DNA of 64,000 bases from Deltaproteobacteria bacterium (GCA_032128375.1 JAQBGU010000143.1:1-64000), one strand, 5' to 3'; shown: positions 1 through 10,908, counted from the stretch's first letter. Made by a program: numbers and translations. Notes: generated from the sequence alone by a model not told the origin.

Positions 1-2
1 TC

Positions 3-398
3 GCAGCGGCGGAGGCGGATGATATTCGGCTCGGGCTGGGCGACGCCGGACCGGTACTCGACGCACAGGCCCGCTCCGCATACCGGACGCGACTCGTCGA
101 GCTGCGCGAGGAGATGGAACTGGCCGCGGACCGCAACGACCTCGGATGGCTGGAGCGATTGCGTGCGGAGTCCGACCTGCTGATGGAGCAGATCGACGAG
201 GCGTCGCACGATCGGCGCACGCACTCGCACTCCGAGCGGGCGCGCGTCGCGGTAACGAAGAACATCAAGCGGGCACTCGATCACATCGCGGCGCTCCACC
301 CGTATCTGGCCGAACACCTGAACGCCACCGTTCGACGCGGCTACTTCTGCTCCTACACCCCCGACCCGCACACCCCGATCGTGTGGGAACGGGACTGA
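3..398 (+). CDS. C-terminal part of a large ATPase/regulator-type protein (5'-partial)
   Basis: Frame open from window start: GDAGPVLDAQARSAYRTRL...ERARVAVTKNIKRAL...HLNATVRRGYFCSY, a C-terminal module I recognise from actinobacterial/myxobacterial AAA-ATPase regulators. Confidence 0.75.
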   Translation, partial: AAAEADDIRLGLGDAGPVLDAQARSAYRTRLVELREEMELAADRNDLGWLERLRAESDLLMEQIDEASHDRRTHSHSERARVAVTKNIKRALDHIAALHPYLAEHLNATVRRGYFCSYTPDPHTPIVWERD

Positions 399-485
399 CT
401 GCGAGCCCCGACGCACGGACCGGGTGGGAGAGCACCTCTTGCGGTGGGCATTCGTCATGAGTCCAGCGTGCCCGATTCGCGCGCC

Positions 486-607
486 GCCCAACGCGCGCTG
501 AAGCTGACGCCCAACAGCGCGTTCCAATTGTGCTTTGATACCATCCTGGCATCAACCTTGGGCGCCTCAGCGACCTTTGGCGGCGCCTTTGTCCGCGGCT
601 CGTCAGC
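486..607 (+). repeat. attC-like left half (degenerate)
   Basis: GCCCAAC (RYYYAAC) followed by gcgcgctgaagctgacg, like attC left arms; cgtcagc at 601-607 complements gctgacg; no GTTRRRY partner. Confidence 0.35.
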
Positions 608-784
608 CGGGGTCGGATATGGACTGGGAAGCTGTCGGAGGAGTATAGATGACGGGTGAACCGGAGAACGCAGTCCGCACCGTCCTTCGCTCGAGAGAAA
701 GCCTCACCGAGGATGCCATCCGCGAGATTCTCGCCTGGTGCGGCGTGTTCGAGCAGAGAGGGCGTTCAAGCTGGGTTTCAGGGA

Positions 785-1098
785 TGTCGGCCCAAAGTAC
801 AGATATCCGTTTTTCTCCAAAGTAGAAATGTCCGGTCTTGCCCTTCAATGGGTCATGCTGAAGGGGCTTGGGATGCACTCGTTGTTGTCCGCCGCGGCGT
901 ACCTGCGCGTAGCAGCCGGGCGTCCCGTCGGGTCGTGGATGGCTTCGCGATCTTGGCATCGGCGCGCTGGCGCTGCTGCTCCTTGATGAACTCCATCGCG
1001 GCCGAGAGGCGCTTGTTCTCAGCGACGTCTCCTTGCCGCACGCTGTCATCCCTCGGGAACGCTGTTGCCCAAACGCGTGCTGTACGTCCTCGATCCAA
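785..1098 (-). mobile_element. IS1202/ISNCY-family remnant: right end plus transposase C-terminal fragment
   Basis: TGT end at 785 with two internal repeats caaagtacagatatcc (793-808) and caaagtagaaatgtcc (818-833); fragment 853-1098 has QGDVAENKRLSAAMEFIKEQQ, resembling the C-terminus of these transposases. Confidence 0.7.
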
Positions 1099-1235
1099 CC
1101 GACGCGAAACGTTGGCCGGAGGTAGGCTCTCGGCGATGAAGCCCGCCCTGGCGCGCGTGATACTGCTGTCGATCGTGGTCGCCCTGGGTTGTGGCGACGA
1201 GCAGCAGAGTTCGTCACCGGCGCCCCTTTCCGGCG

Positions 1236-1931
1236 ATGAACTACGCGCTCACTTGGACGCATTTCCGGTACGAAATCGTGGAAGTCCCGGACATCGGGAG
1301 GTTCTATCTCGACGACAGCCCCGGTCCGGTTCAAACGGCTCTCCGCTCCGGAAAGCCGTGGTCTCCGATCCTGGTGGATGTTTTCCGGGAGTACGTCGTT
1401 CCGGGCACGACCGTCATCGACGTGGGAGCCCACATCGGTTCCATGGCCGTACCGCTCGCGCGCCTCGTTGGGCCGGAAGGCCGACTATACGCCTTCGAAC
1501 CCCAGCGATCCGTATTCCGCGAACTCCATCACAACTTGAAACTCAACGGACACGCCCATGCGACGGCGTACATGATGGCGGTGAGTTCGGAAGCGGGCTT
1601 TCTCGAGATGGCCCCGACCTGGGTCGACGAAGGGTACGGGCGGATCGGAAAAGGCGGAGAGCGGGTGGAGGCCCGCACACTCGACAGTTTCGGTTTCACA
1701 GACGTCTCATTGATCAAGATCGACGTCGAGGGACACGAGCTCGAAGTCCTGAACGGTGCGATGGAGACCATCCGGCGTTGGCACCCCACCCTCGTTCTGG
1801 AGATGGGCAAGAAGGACCGTCCGACCATCGGCAAGATGTTGACTGAGAACGGCTATCGATTGAAGAAGCTGGTCTGGGTGGACTACGTCGCGGTCTACGA
1901 CCCGGCCCTCGACAAGGGCCGAGCCGACTAG
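1236..1931 (+). CDS. FkbM family SAM-dependent methyltransferase
   Basis: VIDVGAHIG, YAFEP and LIKIDVEGHELEVLNG motifs; the true start may be 1136 via a frameshift. Confidence 0.9.
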   Translation: MNYALTWTHFRYEIVEVPDIGRFYLDDSPGPVQTALRSGKPWSPILVDVFREYVVPGTTVIDVGAHIGSMAVPLARLVGPEGRLYAFEPQRSVFRELHHNLKLNGHAHATAYMMAVSSEAGFLEMAPTWVDEGYGRIGKGGERVEARTLDSFGFTDVSLIKIDVEGHELEVLNGAMETIRRWHPTLVLEMGKKDRPTIGKMLTENGYRLKKLVWVDYVAVYDPALDKGRAD

Positions 1932-2118
1932 TCCGTCGCGGGTGTGGGTTTCCGGTGGCATTTCCCCGCCGCGGGTCCCGCCGGGAACTTTACATGATGA
2001 ATAGGGTTCTATGGGTACTACACGTTCCTCGTCGATTCTCGCAGATCATGTCGACTAGTACACTCCGACCGGTTGCGCAGCGGTTCCGTTCGATCGTGGC
2101 ATGCTCGACAACGAAGAA

Positions 2119-2610
2119 CTATTCGGGGCATGTGCTTCCCTCTACCAATCGCGAATCGCCGACACCATCGCCCTCGATGTGCCAGCGCCGCGTTTCGAGC
2201 CGCGCGAGGAAGCCCTCGTCGTGGCTCACGAGGAGCAGGCCACACGGGCAGTCGGCGAGTGCGCGTTCCAGACATTCGATCGACGGCAAATCCAGGTGGT
2301 TGGTCGGCTCGTCCATTGCGATCAGATGCGGCTCGCCCACCATGCCGAGCGCGAGCAGGAGCTTGCGGATCTCGCCGGGGCTGGGCGCGCGACTCTCGAG
2401 CAGGCGGTCCGGCCGCGATCCGAGCCGGCTGACCACGTTCATCGCATGGCCCAGCTGTTCGGAGCGGAGCGCGCGCACCTGTGCGTGGATCTGCGCGCCG
2501 AGTGCCGCGTCGACTTCCTGCGGCATTGCGATGAGCTTGTCGGCGGGCACGTTCACGTGCGCCAGGACGTGGCGGACGAACGTCGACTTGCCACTCCCGT
2601 TCCCAATCGT
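2119..2610 (-). pseudogene. ABC-F ATP-binding protein, C-terminal fragment
   Basis: GNGSGKST Walker A near 2580-2604, in frame with SPGEIRKL, IAMDEPTNHLD and LLLVSHD; N-terminal half absent. Confidence 0.8.
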
Positions 2611-2880
2611 CGAAGTTCAGTTCCATCCTCGGCGCTCCCCTGCGTCCGATATCGACGCCGACCCGGCATCTTGACCCGATGACCTTCATCTTATTGTGTA
2701 AGGGGGACGACTTCAGCGAAAGTTGCGCCCCGCGACCCGTTGGTCGCGGCCGCAACCGGTGAATGGCTGAGGGAGGATCCCAGAACAGAAAATGCGCGAT
2801 GTGGGTCAAGCCCGAGAGCAGCATCAAGGCGCTGGCAACCTGTCGGAGGCGCCTCATGGCGGAGGATTTCTGCTACGCCG

Positions 2881-3687
2881 TCACGCTGCGTCTGCCTTTT
2901 GTTCGACCTTTGCGATCTGGTCCAGAAACTGGGCCAGAACGAATCGCTGTGTTGCCATCAGCCGGGGTATTCGGGACGCGTTCGGCGCCACGGTGTGCAA
3001 CAGGCGCAAATCCGTCAAGAAGACGTCGCCGGGTTCACCGCAGAGTTCGACGACCTGAAGCTCGACACATCCCAGCAGGCTGACCTCATCGAGGAAGTGC
3101 TGCCGGTCGGCTTCACCCCGCTGAAACAGTGCGCGAAAGTAGTCCTCCCGCTTCAGCCGCCGCTTCACATCTTTGGAGCGGATCATTCCAGTGTCGTTGA
3201 GCAACCGGTGCGAGCCCGCCACCAGCAGTGTGCCGCCCGCTCTTGGCGCGACACTGTCGAGCAACGCGAACATCTGCACACCGGGAAGGCCGAGTGCGCC
3301 CAGTCGTGGTACGTCGAGGTGCCAGATCTTGTGCGGCAGCGCCCAGGCTGTCGTGTTGGGCGCTGTGAACAGAACCTGCGGCCGCGTCGTCATCGGTCGT
3401 ACGGTCCGCCCCTCGACGAGCAGGTCCACCGCATTCAGCAGGTCCGACGTCACCAGCTGCTCGAGAGCTGGGCTGTCCTTCAAGGCGTTCTTGACCCGGC
3501 GCGAAAGCTGGCTCTCGAACGGCTGAAGCGGGTCTCCCAACCACCCGCCATCCTGCCAGTGGCCCGCGCGCTCGATCGTTCGGTTAGCGCGGGCCCGCAG
3601 CGCCGCGACGGTCGTCTGCGGTATCACCTTTTCGAGCCGAACCAGACCGCGGTCAACGAACGCCTGCCGTTGCTGCTCACTGATCAT
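2881..3687 (-). CDS. Phytanoyl-CoA dioxygenase (PhyH) family Fe(II)/2OG oxygenase
   Basis: QAFVDRGLVRLE, WHLD, GGTLLVAGSH, GEPGDVFL...LLH...N...R; AGAAGG RBS. Confidence 0.85.
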   Translation of the reverse strand: MISEQQRQAFVDRGLVRLEKVIPQTTVAALRARANRTIERAGHWQDGGWLGDPLQPFESQLSRRVKNALKDSPALEQLVTSDLLNAVDLLVEGRTVRPMTTRPQVLFTAPNTTAWALPHKIWHLDVPRLGALGLPGVQMFALLDSVAPRAGGTLLVAGSHRLLNDTGMIRSKDVKRRLKREDYFRALFQRGEADRQHFLDEVSLLGCVELQVVELCGEPGDVFLTDLRLLHTVAPNASRIPRLMATQRFVLAQFLDQIAKVEQKADAA

Positions 3688-3902
3688 CGCAATCCTTCTG
3701 CGGCACTCGTAGCCTTTGACTTCCGTTGCCGTCAAGCCCTCGACTCCGGGATCGCCCCACGCAGATTGAAACGGTGGCGAGGCCACCGCCGGCCCGCGCG
3801 CTGGCTGCGGCGCTTCCCGTCGACGCGAAGTGATTCGCTACCAACTCAACTCTCCGTGCAATTGTGCCGAGATTCCAGTGCTGGTCATGCGCTGCCTGCG
3901 CG

Positions 3903-4781
3903 TCAGGCTGGCAGGGTCGGGTCGGAAGCTCCCACCACCAGTCGCGAAGCTCCCATGATCGTCAGAGCGACCAACAGCAGCGAGGACAGTGGCCACTGAA
4001 GCGCCGGCACGTCCGTGACGGGTGTCGCGTCCAGTCGCACGTCATCGAAGTCGACCTCGAGGTCAGAATTGGGGAACGCGGGATCGACCCCGTTCAAATT
4101 GACCAGTCGAATGCCGAGTGCTGCGTCGAGTTGGGGGTGTGAGCTTCCGGTGATGAGGCTGACGGTGCTCGTTGCGAATTCGCCCTCGGGTATGCTGCCC
4201 GTCAAGGAGCCGATATCCTGTGCAACGACGCTGCCGCCGGCGAGCAGGTCGACCCGGTAGCCCGGGAAGCCGTCCAGCGGAAAGAACTGTCCCCCCATGG
4301 ACGTGCCGGAGGCGATGTTTCCGATGCGCACCTCGAGCGTGTAGTGCATGTTGGGCTGTAGGGTGTCGGCGAGTAGCTGAACGAATCCCCACTCGCCCTG
4401 GCCTCCGCTTCCGAAGAAGTTGAACGCGATTCCGACGCGCTGGCCTTCCGGTGCACCGGCGGGAAAGTACACGAAGACGCCGGGGTTGCCGATCGGGTCG
4501 GCCTCGAACGGGGTGAGAGTTCCCAGGAAGTAGGTCGGACCGGCGCCCCCGACAGTGAGATTGATCGGGTCTTCGTAGAGGTCCCAGCCATTGAGCGGAC
4601 CGAACGTGAACTCATTGCTGGGTGATTCTCCGCTGATGTCCTCGAACCCCGGGTTGATGACGACGAGATCAACGGCAGAGGAGACCAGCGGCGCGATCGT
4701 CGACAGCGCGGTGATCAGCAGAGCGCGGAGAATGGGGAAGCGCCGGCCGATTAGGATGGATTGCAGCGTCGCGCGAAGCAT
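3903..4781 (-). CDS. Secreted protein with IPTL-CTERM-like sorting tail
   Basis: Signal peptide, then NPGFE-type beta domain ending DFDDVRL; tail VPALQWPLSSLLLVALTIMGASR. Confidence 0.7.
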   Translation of the reverse strand: MLRATLQSILIGRRFPILRALLITALSTIAPLVSSAVDLVVINPGFEDISGESPSNEFTFGPLNGWDLYEDPINLTVGGAGPTYFLGTLTPFEADPIGNPGVFVYFPAGAPEGQRVGIAFNFFGSGGQGEWGFVQLLADTLQPNMHYTLEVRIGNIASGTSMGGQFFPLDGFPGYRVDLLAGGSVVAQDIGSLTGSIPEGEFATSTVSLITGSSHPQLDAALGIRLVNLNGVDPAFPNSDLEVDFDDVRLDATPVTDVPALQWPLSSLLLVALTIMGASRLVVGASDPTLPA

Positions 4782-4948
4782 GTCGTCTCCTAGGGCTCTA
4801 TATCACTCTTGCAATCGGACAACGACTTCCTGAAGTTCGACCTGCTCGTCGCCGGCCATGGGTTTCATGATTGCCCACCACCAAATGCTTGTCATGTTCC
4901 GTGATCCAGAACTGCGGGATCCTCAAACCGGCGACCCGCAGGGGGCGC

Positions 4949-6469
4949 TCAGCTGCGATTTCGACCAAGCAGATCCAGGTTTCCAACCCTGGAAGTCGCG
5001 ATGCGAATGTCTCCCGCAGCCAGAGTCTTTGCCGCACCGCGGCCGGCCGCGAAGCCACTCGACCACGCCCACTGGAAATTGAAGCCGCCGAGGCGTCCAG
5101 TTGCGTTGACGACTTCGCCGCAGCAGAACAGGTGTTTGCACAGACGGCTCTCGAGCGTGGCCGGCGATAGGTCTTCGAGACGAACACCACCGCTCGTGAC
5201 TTCGGCCTTGGCGTAACCCTCACATCCGCTGAGTTTTAGGTCCGCCTGGGTCAACGCGAGCCACAGCCGCGTTCGGGCTTTCTGCTCGAGTTGCTTCACC
5301 GGCTGAGATGGATCGAGGTCGGCCGCCCGCAAGAGTCCTTGTAACAGCGAGCGCGGGATTCGCTCAGCAAACGCAGTACCCAGCCCGCGGTCGCGCGTTG
5401 CCAGCAGTGGCGCTGCTTGTCGTTCGAACTCTTCGCGCGTCGGTGTTCGTGGCACGTCGCATGGCCGCAACGCGGCACCTGGGAGCTTGGCCATGCCCAG
5501 ATACGGGCCCCATGGCCCAGCGGGCGCGGTCAGGCTCCAGAAGTCAGCACGCAACTCCACAGCCCCGCTCGAGAGGGAGCGCCCGCAGGGGCCACTCACA
5601 TCGAAAGGCGCGGGCCCAGTTGCGCCCTTGTGGGTAACGAGAAGGCTGCCACCCGAACGAGCAAGTGGGCTGAACTTCCTGCCCGAGCGCTGTTCGGGCG
5701 CCATTCCACACGGGGCAAGCGTCAACACGACAGGAACGGTGAGCCCGGCCAGACCGCGGAGAGGACCCTCTCGCTCGAGCAGGACCGGCGTCAGGCCTGG
5801 AAGCGCCGGGGACAGCACGTGACCACGGCGCGCGAGGAGTTCGAGGCCGAAGCCGCGCGAGCCTGTCTTGGGCAGGCTCTTTCCGCCTGTTGCGAGGATG
5901 ACTCGCCGCGCCGTCCAGTTCCCACCGTCCGCGAGGTCGACGTTCATGCCGCCTTCGGTCTGCTCAATGTCGACCACTTCTGCCGGTGCGATCAACGGGA
6001 TCTTGCCTCGATCGATGGCCCCGAGTAGCACGCGGAGGATGTCCCGGGCGTCGTCGCTACACGGGAAAACCTTACCAAGCGCCTCTTCATAGAGCGCGCA
6101 GCCGTGGGTCTCGAAAAAGCCGCGAATCGATGCGGGCGGGAAGCCCTTCAATAGGCGGCGCACTAGATGGGGCGAATCCGTGTCGTAGTCGCGTTCGTCG
6201 ACGTGCGCGTTGGTCAAATTGCAGCGACTGCCGCCCGAGACCAGGATCTTGAGACCCAGCCGAGGCTCGTTATTCAGCAGCACAACGTCGGGTGCGTCTG
6301 CACGAAGCGGAAGGCTGTTGCCGTCAGCGTCGAGGACTCCGCGGGCCGCCAGCGCTGCCAGCAACCCTGCCGCTCCAGCACCTACGACCAAGATATCGCA
6401 GTCGCGGTCGAGGCGTTTCGCTGGTGGATTCGGGAGCGAGGCCGGCAGCGGCGTGTGGCGTCTAGCCAA
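4949..6469 (-). CDS. HI0933/BaiN family NAD(P)/FAD-dependent oxidoreductase
   Basis: VGAGAAG, GLKILVSGGSRCNLTN, ATGGKSLPKTGS, AEVTSGGV, GGFNFQWAWSSG. Confidence 0.92.
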   Translation of the reverse strand: MARRHTPLPASLPNPPAKRLDRDCDILVVGAGAAGLLAALAARGVLDADGNSLPLRADAPDVVLLNNEPRLGLKILVSGGSRCNLTNAHVDERDYDTDSPHLVRRLLKGFPPASIRGFFETHGCALYEEALGKVFPCSDDARDILRVLLGAIDRGKIPLIAPAEVVDIEQTEGGMNVDLADGGNWTARRVILATGGKSLPKTGSRGFGLELLARRGHVLSPALPGLTPVLLEREGPLRGLAGLTVPVVLTLAPCGMAPEQRSGRKFSPLARSGGSLLVTHKGATGPAPFDVSGPCGRSLSSGAVELRADFWSLTAPAGPWGPYLGMAKLPGAALRPCDVPRTPTREEFERQAAPLLATRDRGLGTAFAERIPRSLLQGLLRAADLDPSQPVKQLEQKARTRLWLALTQADLKLSGCEGYAKAEVTSGGVRLEDLSPATLESRLCKHLFCCGEVVNATGRLGGFNFQWAWSSGFAAGRGAAKTLAAGDIRIATSRVGNLDLLGRNRS

Positions 6470-6867
6470 GAGCAGTCCAATCGATAGTCACAAACGCATG
6501 ATGGCAGCCAGGCCTGAAACTCGCTCGGACCTGCGCCCGCCCTTTGCTTCGTCTCGTCCGCGACACGCCCGCCGCGCGGTTGAGGCGCCCAAAGGCCGCA
6601 TCGTGTTGGAATTACACGACTGGTTGTAGGATTTGGGAATCGGACGCTGGCCTGGATGTGTTCGTCCCGTGCGCGCAGGCCTACATCGACTCGGAGCTTT
6701 CACACTCGATCGAGATGGCCGGGCTGGCCGTCCACTGTCGCTACGCGTCGCTGATCGGCGAAACGGGCGAAGCCGACGACGACGACGACGAGTTTTCGGA
6801 ATCGTTCTCGAGCCGCAGACGCGTACGCGCTGAGCGGCACCCAGCCGGCTTCGCTGGCACCAGCGGC

Positions 6868-7800
6868 TCACGTGCCGTGCGGCCCTTCGAGGCCCCAGAA
6901 CCAGGTCAGCTCGTTTTTGTTGTGATGCAGGTGAACGAGCTGTGAGCCGGGCATCGCGCAGAATGCTTCGGTCTGCTCGGGTTCCCACGGGCCCTGCAAC
7001 TTGACCGTCGCGATGATTCGGCGGCAGCGTCCACTGGCGACCCAGCGCGCGAGCAGCGCGTGAAGGCGTGCGGGGTAGCAGGCCACATCGCATAGCAACC
7101 AGTCAACCGGCGGCAGTGCATCCGGCGCCAGCGCGAAGGCACTTTCGCGACGAAACTCGATCCGCGGGAGCGCCGCGATAGCAGGTGCCAGTAAGGCCTT
7201 GTCGACGCTGATCACCCGGGCCCCGAGGCGCTGGGCCACCCAAGTCCACCCGCCCGGGCTGCTGCCCAGATCGAGGCAGGTCTGGCCGGCGGTCGGGCGC
7301 TCACCCAATCGTGTCAACGCCTCCCAGAGCTTCAAGTAAGCGCGCGAAGGCGCGGAGATCCGATCTTCGGTGAACGCGACCTCCCCGTTCGGAAAAGCGC
7401 TGCTGCAGTCTGCCGATACCAGCAGCGTGTTGGCGTCGACAAGCGTGAACGATCCGAGCTTCGCGCTGGGAGCCGGTTCCGGGAAACAAAGCGGCCGGGC
7501 CGAGACGTGCGGTAGCTGCTGTGCGATCAGGCTCGCGCGCCGGTGATTAGAATGCGGATACAGGCACCAGTTGCGTTGGATCCCGCGCAGCAGCCGCACT
7601 GCGTCTCCGATCGATTCGATCGCATACGTGCTGGGCTCGCGCCAGGTATTTTCGGCCCAGGCAACGGGCTTCGGCGGTCCGGGCGCGATCAGCAGCCGTC
7701 CATGTCGCGATTCGAGCGGCCCCAGTTCGCGGACCAGGTTGTCGACATAACGTTCGGGAGCGAGGTAGGCGGTTTGCGTTGCGGGAGCGTGCACGTCCAA
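6868..7800 (-). CDS. RlmM-like (FtsJ fold) 23S rRNA 2'-O-methyltransferase
   Basis: APSRAYLKLWEAL, LDLGSSPGGWT, DWLLCDVA, TVKL, HNKNELT. Confidence 0.8.
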   Translation of the reverse strand: MDVHAPATQTAYLAPERYVDNLVRELGPLESRHGRLLIAPGPPKPVAWAENTWREPSTYAIESIGDAVRLLRGIQRNWCLYPHSNHRRASLIAQQLPHVSARPLCFPEPAPSAKLGSFTLVDANTLLVSADCSSAFPNGEVAFTEDRISAPSRAYLKLWEALTRLGERPTAGQTCLDLGSSPGGWTWVAQRLGARVISVDKALLAPAIAALPRIEFRRESAFALAPDALPPVDWLLCDVACYPARLHALLARWVASGRCRRIIATVKLQGPWEPEQTEAFCAMPGSQLVHLHHNKNELTWFWGLEGPHGT

Positions 7801-8193
7801 ACTCTAGTATGCGAGTTCTGTCGACGCCGCGCGCTGTGGCGTGCGGCGGTCGTCAGTCGCGTCCCGCAGCCGCGCCTTCAGATCGTCGGTGAGCTCCGAG
7901 TGCGAGGCCCAAAAGCCGCATGCCCGGATTTTTTCAACCATCAACCCGACCGTTCATGCCCCTCGCCGTGGAGATACACGTGTTCGCGAGAAACGGAACA
8001 TGGTCGTCGGCGCGCGTACTCCGAAACCACGCGGGCTCGTCGCCGACTTGTACGAGGCAAGCGATGCGCGGAGATCAGAGTCTGTTCGTGGCAGAGGACC
8101 GATCGATGTCAGCCGAATACTCGTTCGCATAGCTGGCGGCCGTCGTTGCGCCGCCGCGAACGTGAGCGCGGCGGCGATGGGAGCCGCCACCGA

Positions 8194-9249
8194 TCACTCC
8201 GACGCCTCGTCCGCGGAGGCGGCTCGCGGGTAGACCGGTTCGCAGGTTTGAAGGGCTTTTCTCAACGCCGCGACGACCGTGTCGGCTGGCAGCGAACTCG
8301 GGGGATCTTTCTCGGTCTGTGGGTCGATGCGGGCAGCCTGAAGTTCGAACGTCACGGGATCCCCGAATCCCAGCTCGGGCACAACCCAATCCGACGGCGA
8401 CGCCCACCAGCGAGCGGCTCGATTCTCTTCCAACTCGTTGAGTCTGTCTGCCAGATCCGCGAGTGCGATGCGCGGCTTCGGCCGAACAGAAACGACATCC
8501 CACCAGGATTCTCCTCAGAAGCAGAAGCGGTATCGATTGCCTTCGGGGGTTGGACGCACCAGAAGCACGCGAAACAGGTCGCCGGCGGCGAGTCGCAATC
8601 CGAAGATGGTGATCGGACGATCACTGACGACCATCGCGAGGTCGTCATCCGGGAACTCGGTCACCTCGACACCGTCACCGGCTTCGAGTCGTGCTACGTC
8701 GGCGGTTACGATGTCGTAGCGATGCTCCCAAGCCGGGCGAAGTTTGTAAGGATCTGCCAGTAAGCCTTCGAGCCGATCGAAGACCTGAAGGTACGCGCCA
8801 GAGAGGTTGGTCAAACGTTCTTCGTCGAACGGCGGGGTCGAAAACGGAACGAACTGCGCGAGGTCGGTCATCAGGCTGAGTTCGAGCGCCAGCGCATCGG
8901 CTCCGCCCCAAACCGCGAAATCCCCCGACCGCGCAGCGCGCAGCATCAGATCGCGATTGGGTAGCGCGACTGCCGGCCGAAGCATCGTGAACAGCGACAG
9001 CGCGCCGTCCGCATCGAAGTGGTTGTTGGTCACGACCGAAAAATCCCCGACCACTTGCTTGCGACGCACATCGGACATTTCGGCATAGAGAAGCGCTGAG
9101 CCGGTCGTCAGGTCGTGTCGCAGTGCATCGGGTGTCCGATGGCCCGGCCAGTGGCTGATCATCCGGAATCGAGGGTCATATCCGTCGATCATGACCGTCG
9201 CTGCCGGGTCGAGCCCCGGATGGAGGGGCTGAAACTCGATTCTGGTCAT
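8194..9249 (-). pseudogene. Conserved hypothetical (DHH-like, DUF6687-type) protein with one in-frame TGA at 8515-8517
   Basis: SHWPGHRTP and TNNHFDADG; the same frame continues past the TGA (GESWWDVVSVRPKPRI...LNELE) to a stop at 8194. Confidence 0.7.
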
Positions 9250-9558
9250 GGAGAGATCTCCCGTTGGATCGCGCTATTTTCGATGAATCTAGTCAGATCG
9301 CGAGTGGCAAGCCTCCCGATTGATGCTCCGCTGTCAGATAGATGCTGAAATGGCGGGTCGGTCCGAGCGATCGCGCGTGGCCGCGGTTGACGATGGAAGG
9401 CATGACTCTTCCCGAAACGGCGCAAGATGCTGACGCGGATCGAAGCGGTTGGCATTCTTGGTGGCAACCACGGGGACAGGTGATGGTGAAGATGAGGTGA
9501 ATCGCAAATTCAGGGCGAGGCGCTCCGGAAGATGATGCCCTGAGCGTCGGCCTTCGCG

Positions 9559-10908
9559 TCATTCCTGTCTTCGACGCGACCGCCACACCGGTCCGTCGGG
9601 GAACGCGTACTCGGCCAGGCTCTCGGCTTTCAACTCCGCGCCGAGCCCTGGCGCGTTGGGTAGGCGATAGCGACCGTCGCGCATCGTCACGGGGTGGACG
9701 AAGTGTTCGTGGAGGTGATCGGCGAACTCGGTGATGCGGTCTTCCAACGTTGCGCTTACGCAGATGTAGTCGAACGCTGAAAAATGCTGCACGTGTTCGC
9801 AGAGTCCGAGCCCGCCTGCGTGCGGACACACCGGCACATCGAAGTGAGCGGCCAGCAGGATCGCGGCAATCACCTCGTTGATGCCGCCAAGCCGGCAGCC
9901 GTCGATCTGAAGCACGTCGACCGCGTGCGCCTGCAGGAACTGCTTGATCATGATGCGGTTGTGGCAGTGCTCACCGGTGGCCACGCGAATCGGATGTAGC
10001 GCCTTCGCGATGCGCGCGTGGCCGAGGATGTCGTCGGGACTCGTCGGCTCCTCCACCCACCACAGATCGAATTCGGCCAGGGGCTCGACGTGACGGATGG
10101 CTTCGTCGACGTCCCAGACCTGGTTGGCGTCGACCATCAGCTTCCGATCCGGGCCGATCTCCTCGCGGACGATGCGACAGCGGTGGATGTCGTCTTCGAG
10201 GTCGCCGCCCACCTTGATCTTGAAGTGCGTCCAGCCGTCCGCGATGGCGCTTCGGCAACGGGATCGGATGGTAGCCTCGTCGTAACCCAGCCAACCGGCG
10301 GAAGTCACATAGGCGGGATATCCGACACGCAACAGCGTCGCCTCTCGTTCGGACCGGCCGGCCCGCTTGGCCTCCAGCATGTCGAGCGCCATCTTCGGCG
10401 ACAGCACATCCGAGATGTGACGGAAATCTACTGCGCGCACGATCGCTTCGGATGAGAGATCGGCCAGGTACTTCCACAGGGGTTTGCCCGCTCGCTTGCC
10501 GAGCAGGTCCCAAACCGAGTTGACCACGGCAGCCAGCGCCAGGTGGATCACGCCCTTCTCGGGTCCGAGCCAGCGAAGCTGGCTGTCGCCGGCGAGCGAC
10601 CGCCAGAAGCCGCCCATATCGGCTTCGATGTCGGCCAGCTCCCGCCCCACCAAGTGCGGCTCGAGCGCCCGAATGGCGCTGACACAAATTTCCGTTCCTC
10701 GCCCGATCGTGAAGGTGAGTCCGTGTCCGGTGAGCTGGGGATCGTCGGTCTCGACGATGGCTACCGCGCCCGAATAGTCGGGGTCCGGGTTCATGGCATC
10801 GGAGCCATGCAGGCCGTCCGAAGTGGGAAAGCGCACGTCGTGCGCCCGCAGGGCGGTGATGCGGGGTGAGACAGAGTGCGAGGTGGCGGATTTCGTGGAC
10901 GCTGACAT
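9559..10908 (-). CDS. fucD: L-fuconate dehydratase (enolase superfamily, ENOSF1/FucD type)
   Basis: DVRFPTS..GSDAMNPDPDYS, SQLRWLGPEKG, FKIKVG, MVDANQ, EEPTSPDD, ATGEH, CPHAGG. Confidence 0.93.
   Translation of the reverse strand: MSASTKSATSHSVSPRITALRAHDVRFPTSDGLHGSDAMNPDPDYSGAVAIVETDDPQLTGHGLTFTIGRGTEICVSAIRALEPHLVGRELADIEADMGGFWRSLAGDSQLRWLGPEKGVIHLALAAVVNSVWDLLGKRAGKPLWKYLADLSSEAIVRAVDFRHISDVLSPKMALDMLEAKRAGRSEREATLLRVGYPAYVTSAGWLGYDEATIRSRCRSAIADGWTHFKIKVGGDLEDDIHRCRIVREEIGPDRKLMVDANQVWDVDEAIRHVEPLAEFDLWWVEEPTSPDDILGHARIAKALHPIRVATGEHCHNRIMIKQFLQAHAVDVLQIDGCRLGGINEVIAAILLAAHFDVPVCPHAGGLGLCEHVQHFSAFDYICVSATLEDRITEFADHLHEHFVHPVTMRDGRYRLPNAPGLGAELKAESLAEYAFPDGPVWRSRRRQE

Noticed and set aside
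3700..3860. Possible attC remnant upstream of the PhyH gene
   Set aside because: No recognisable core pair
6544..6945. Plus-strand ORF with DDDDDE run
   Set aside because: No clear start, RBS or family, and it overlaps the RlmM-like gene end
7800..8190. Possible small genes
   Set aside because: No frame gives a recognisable protein
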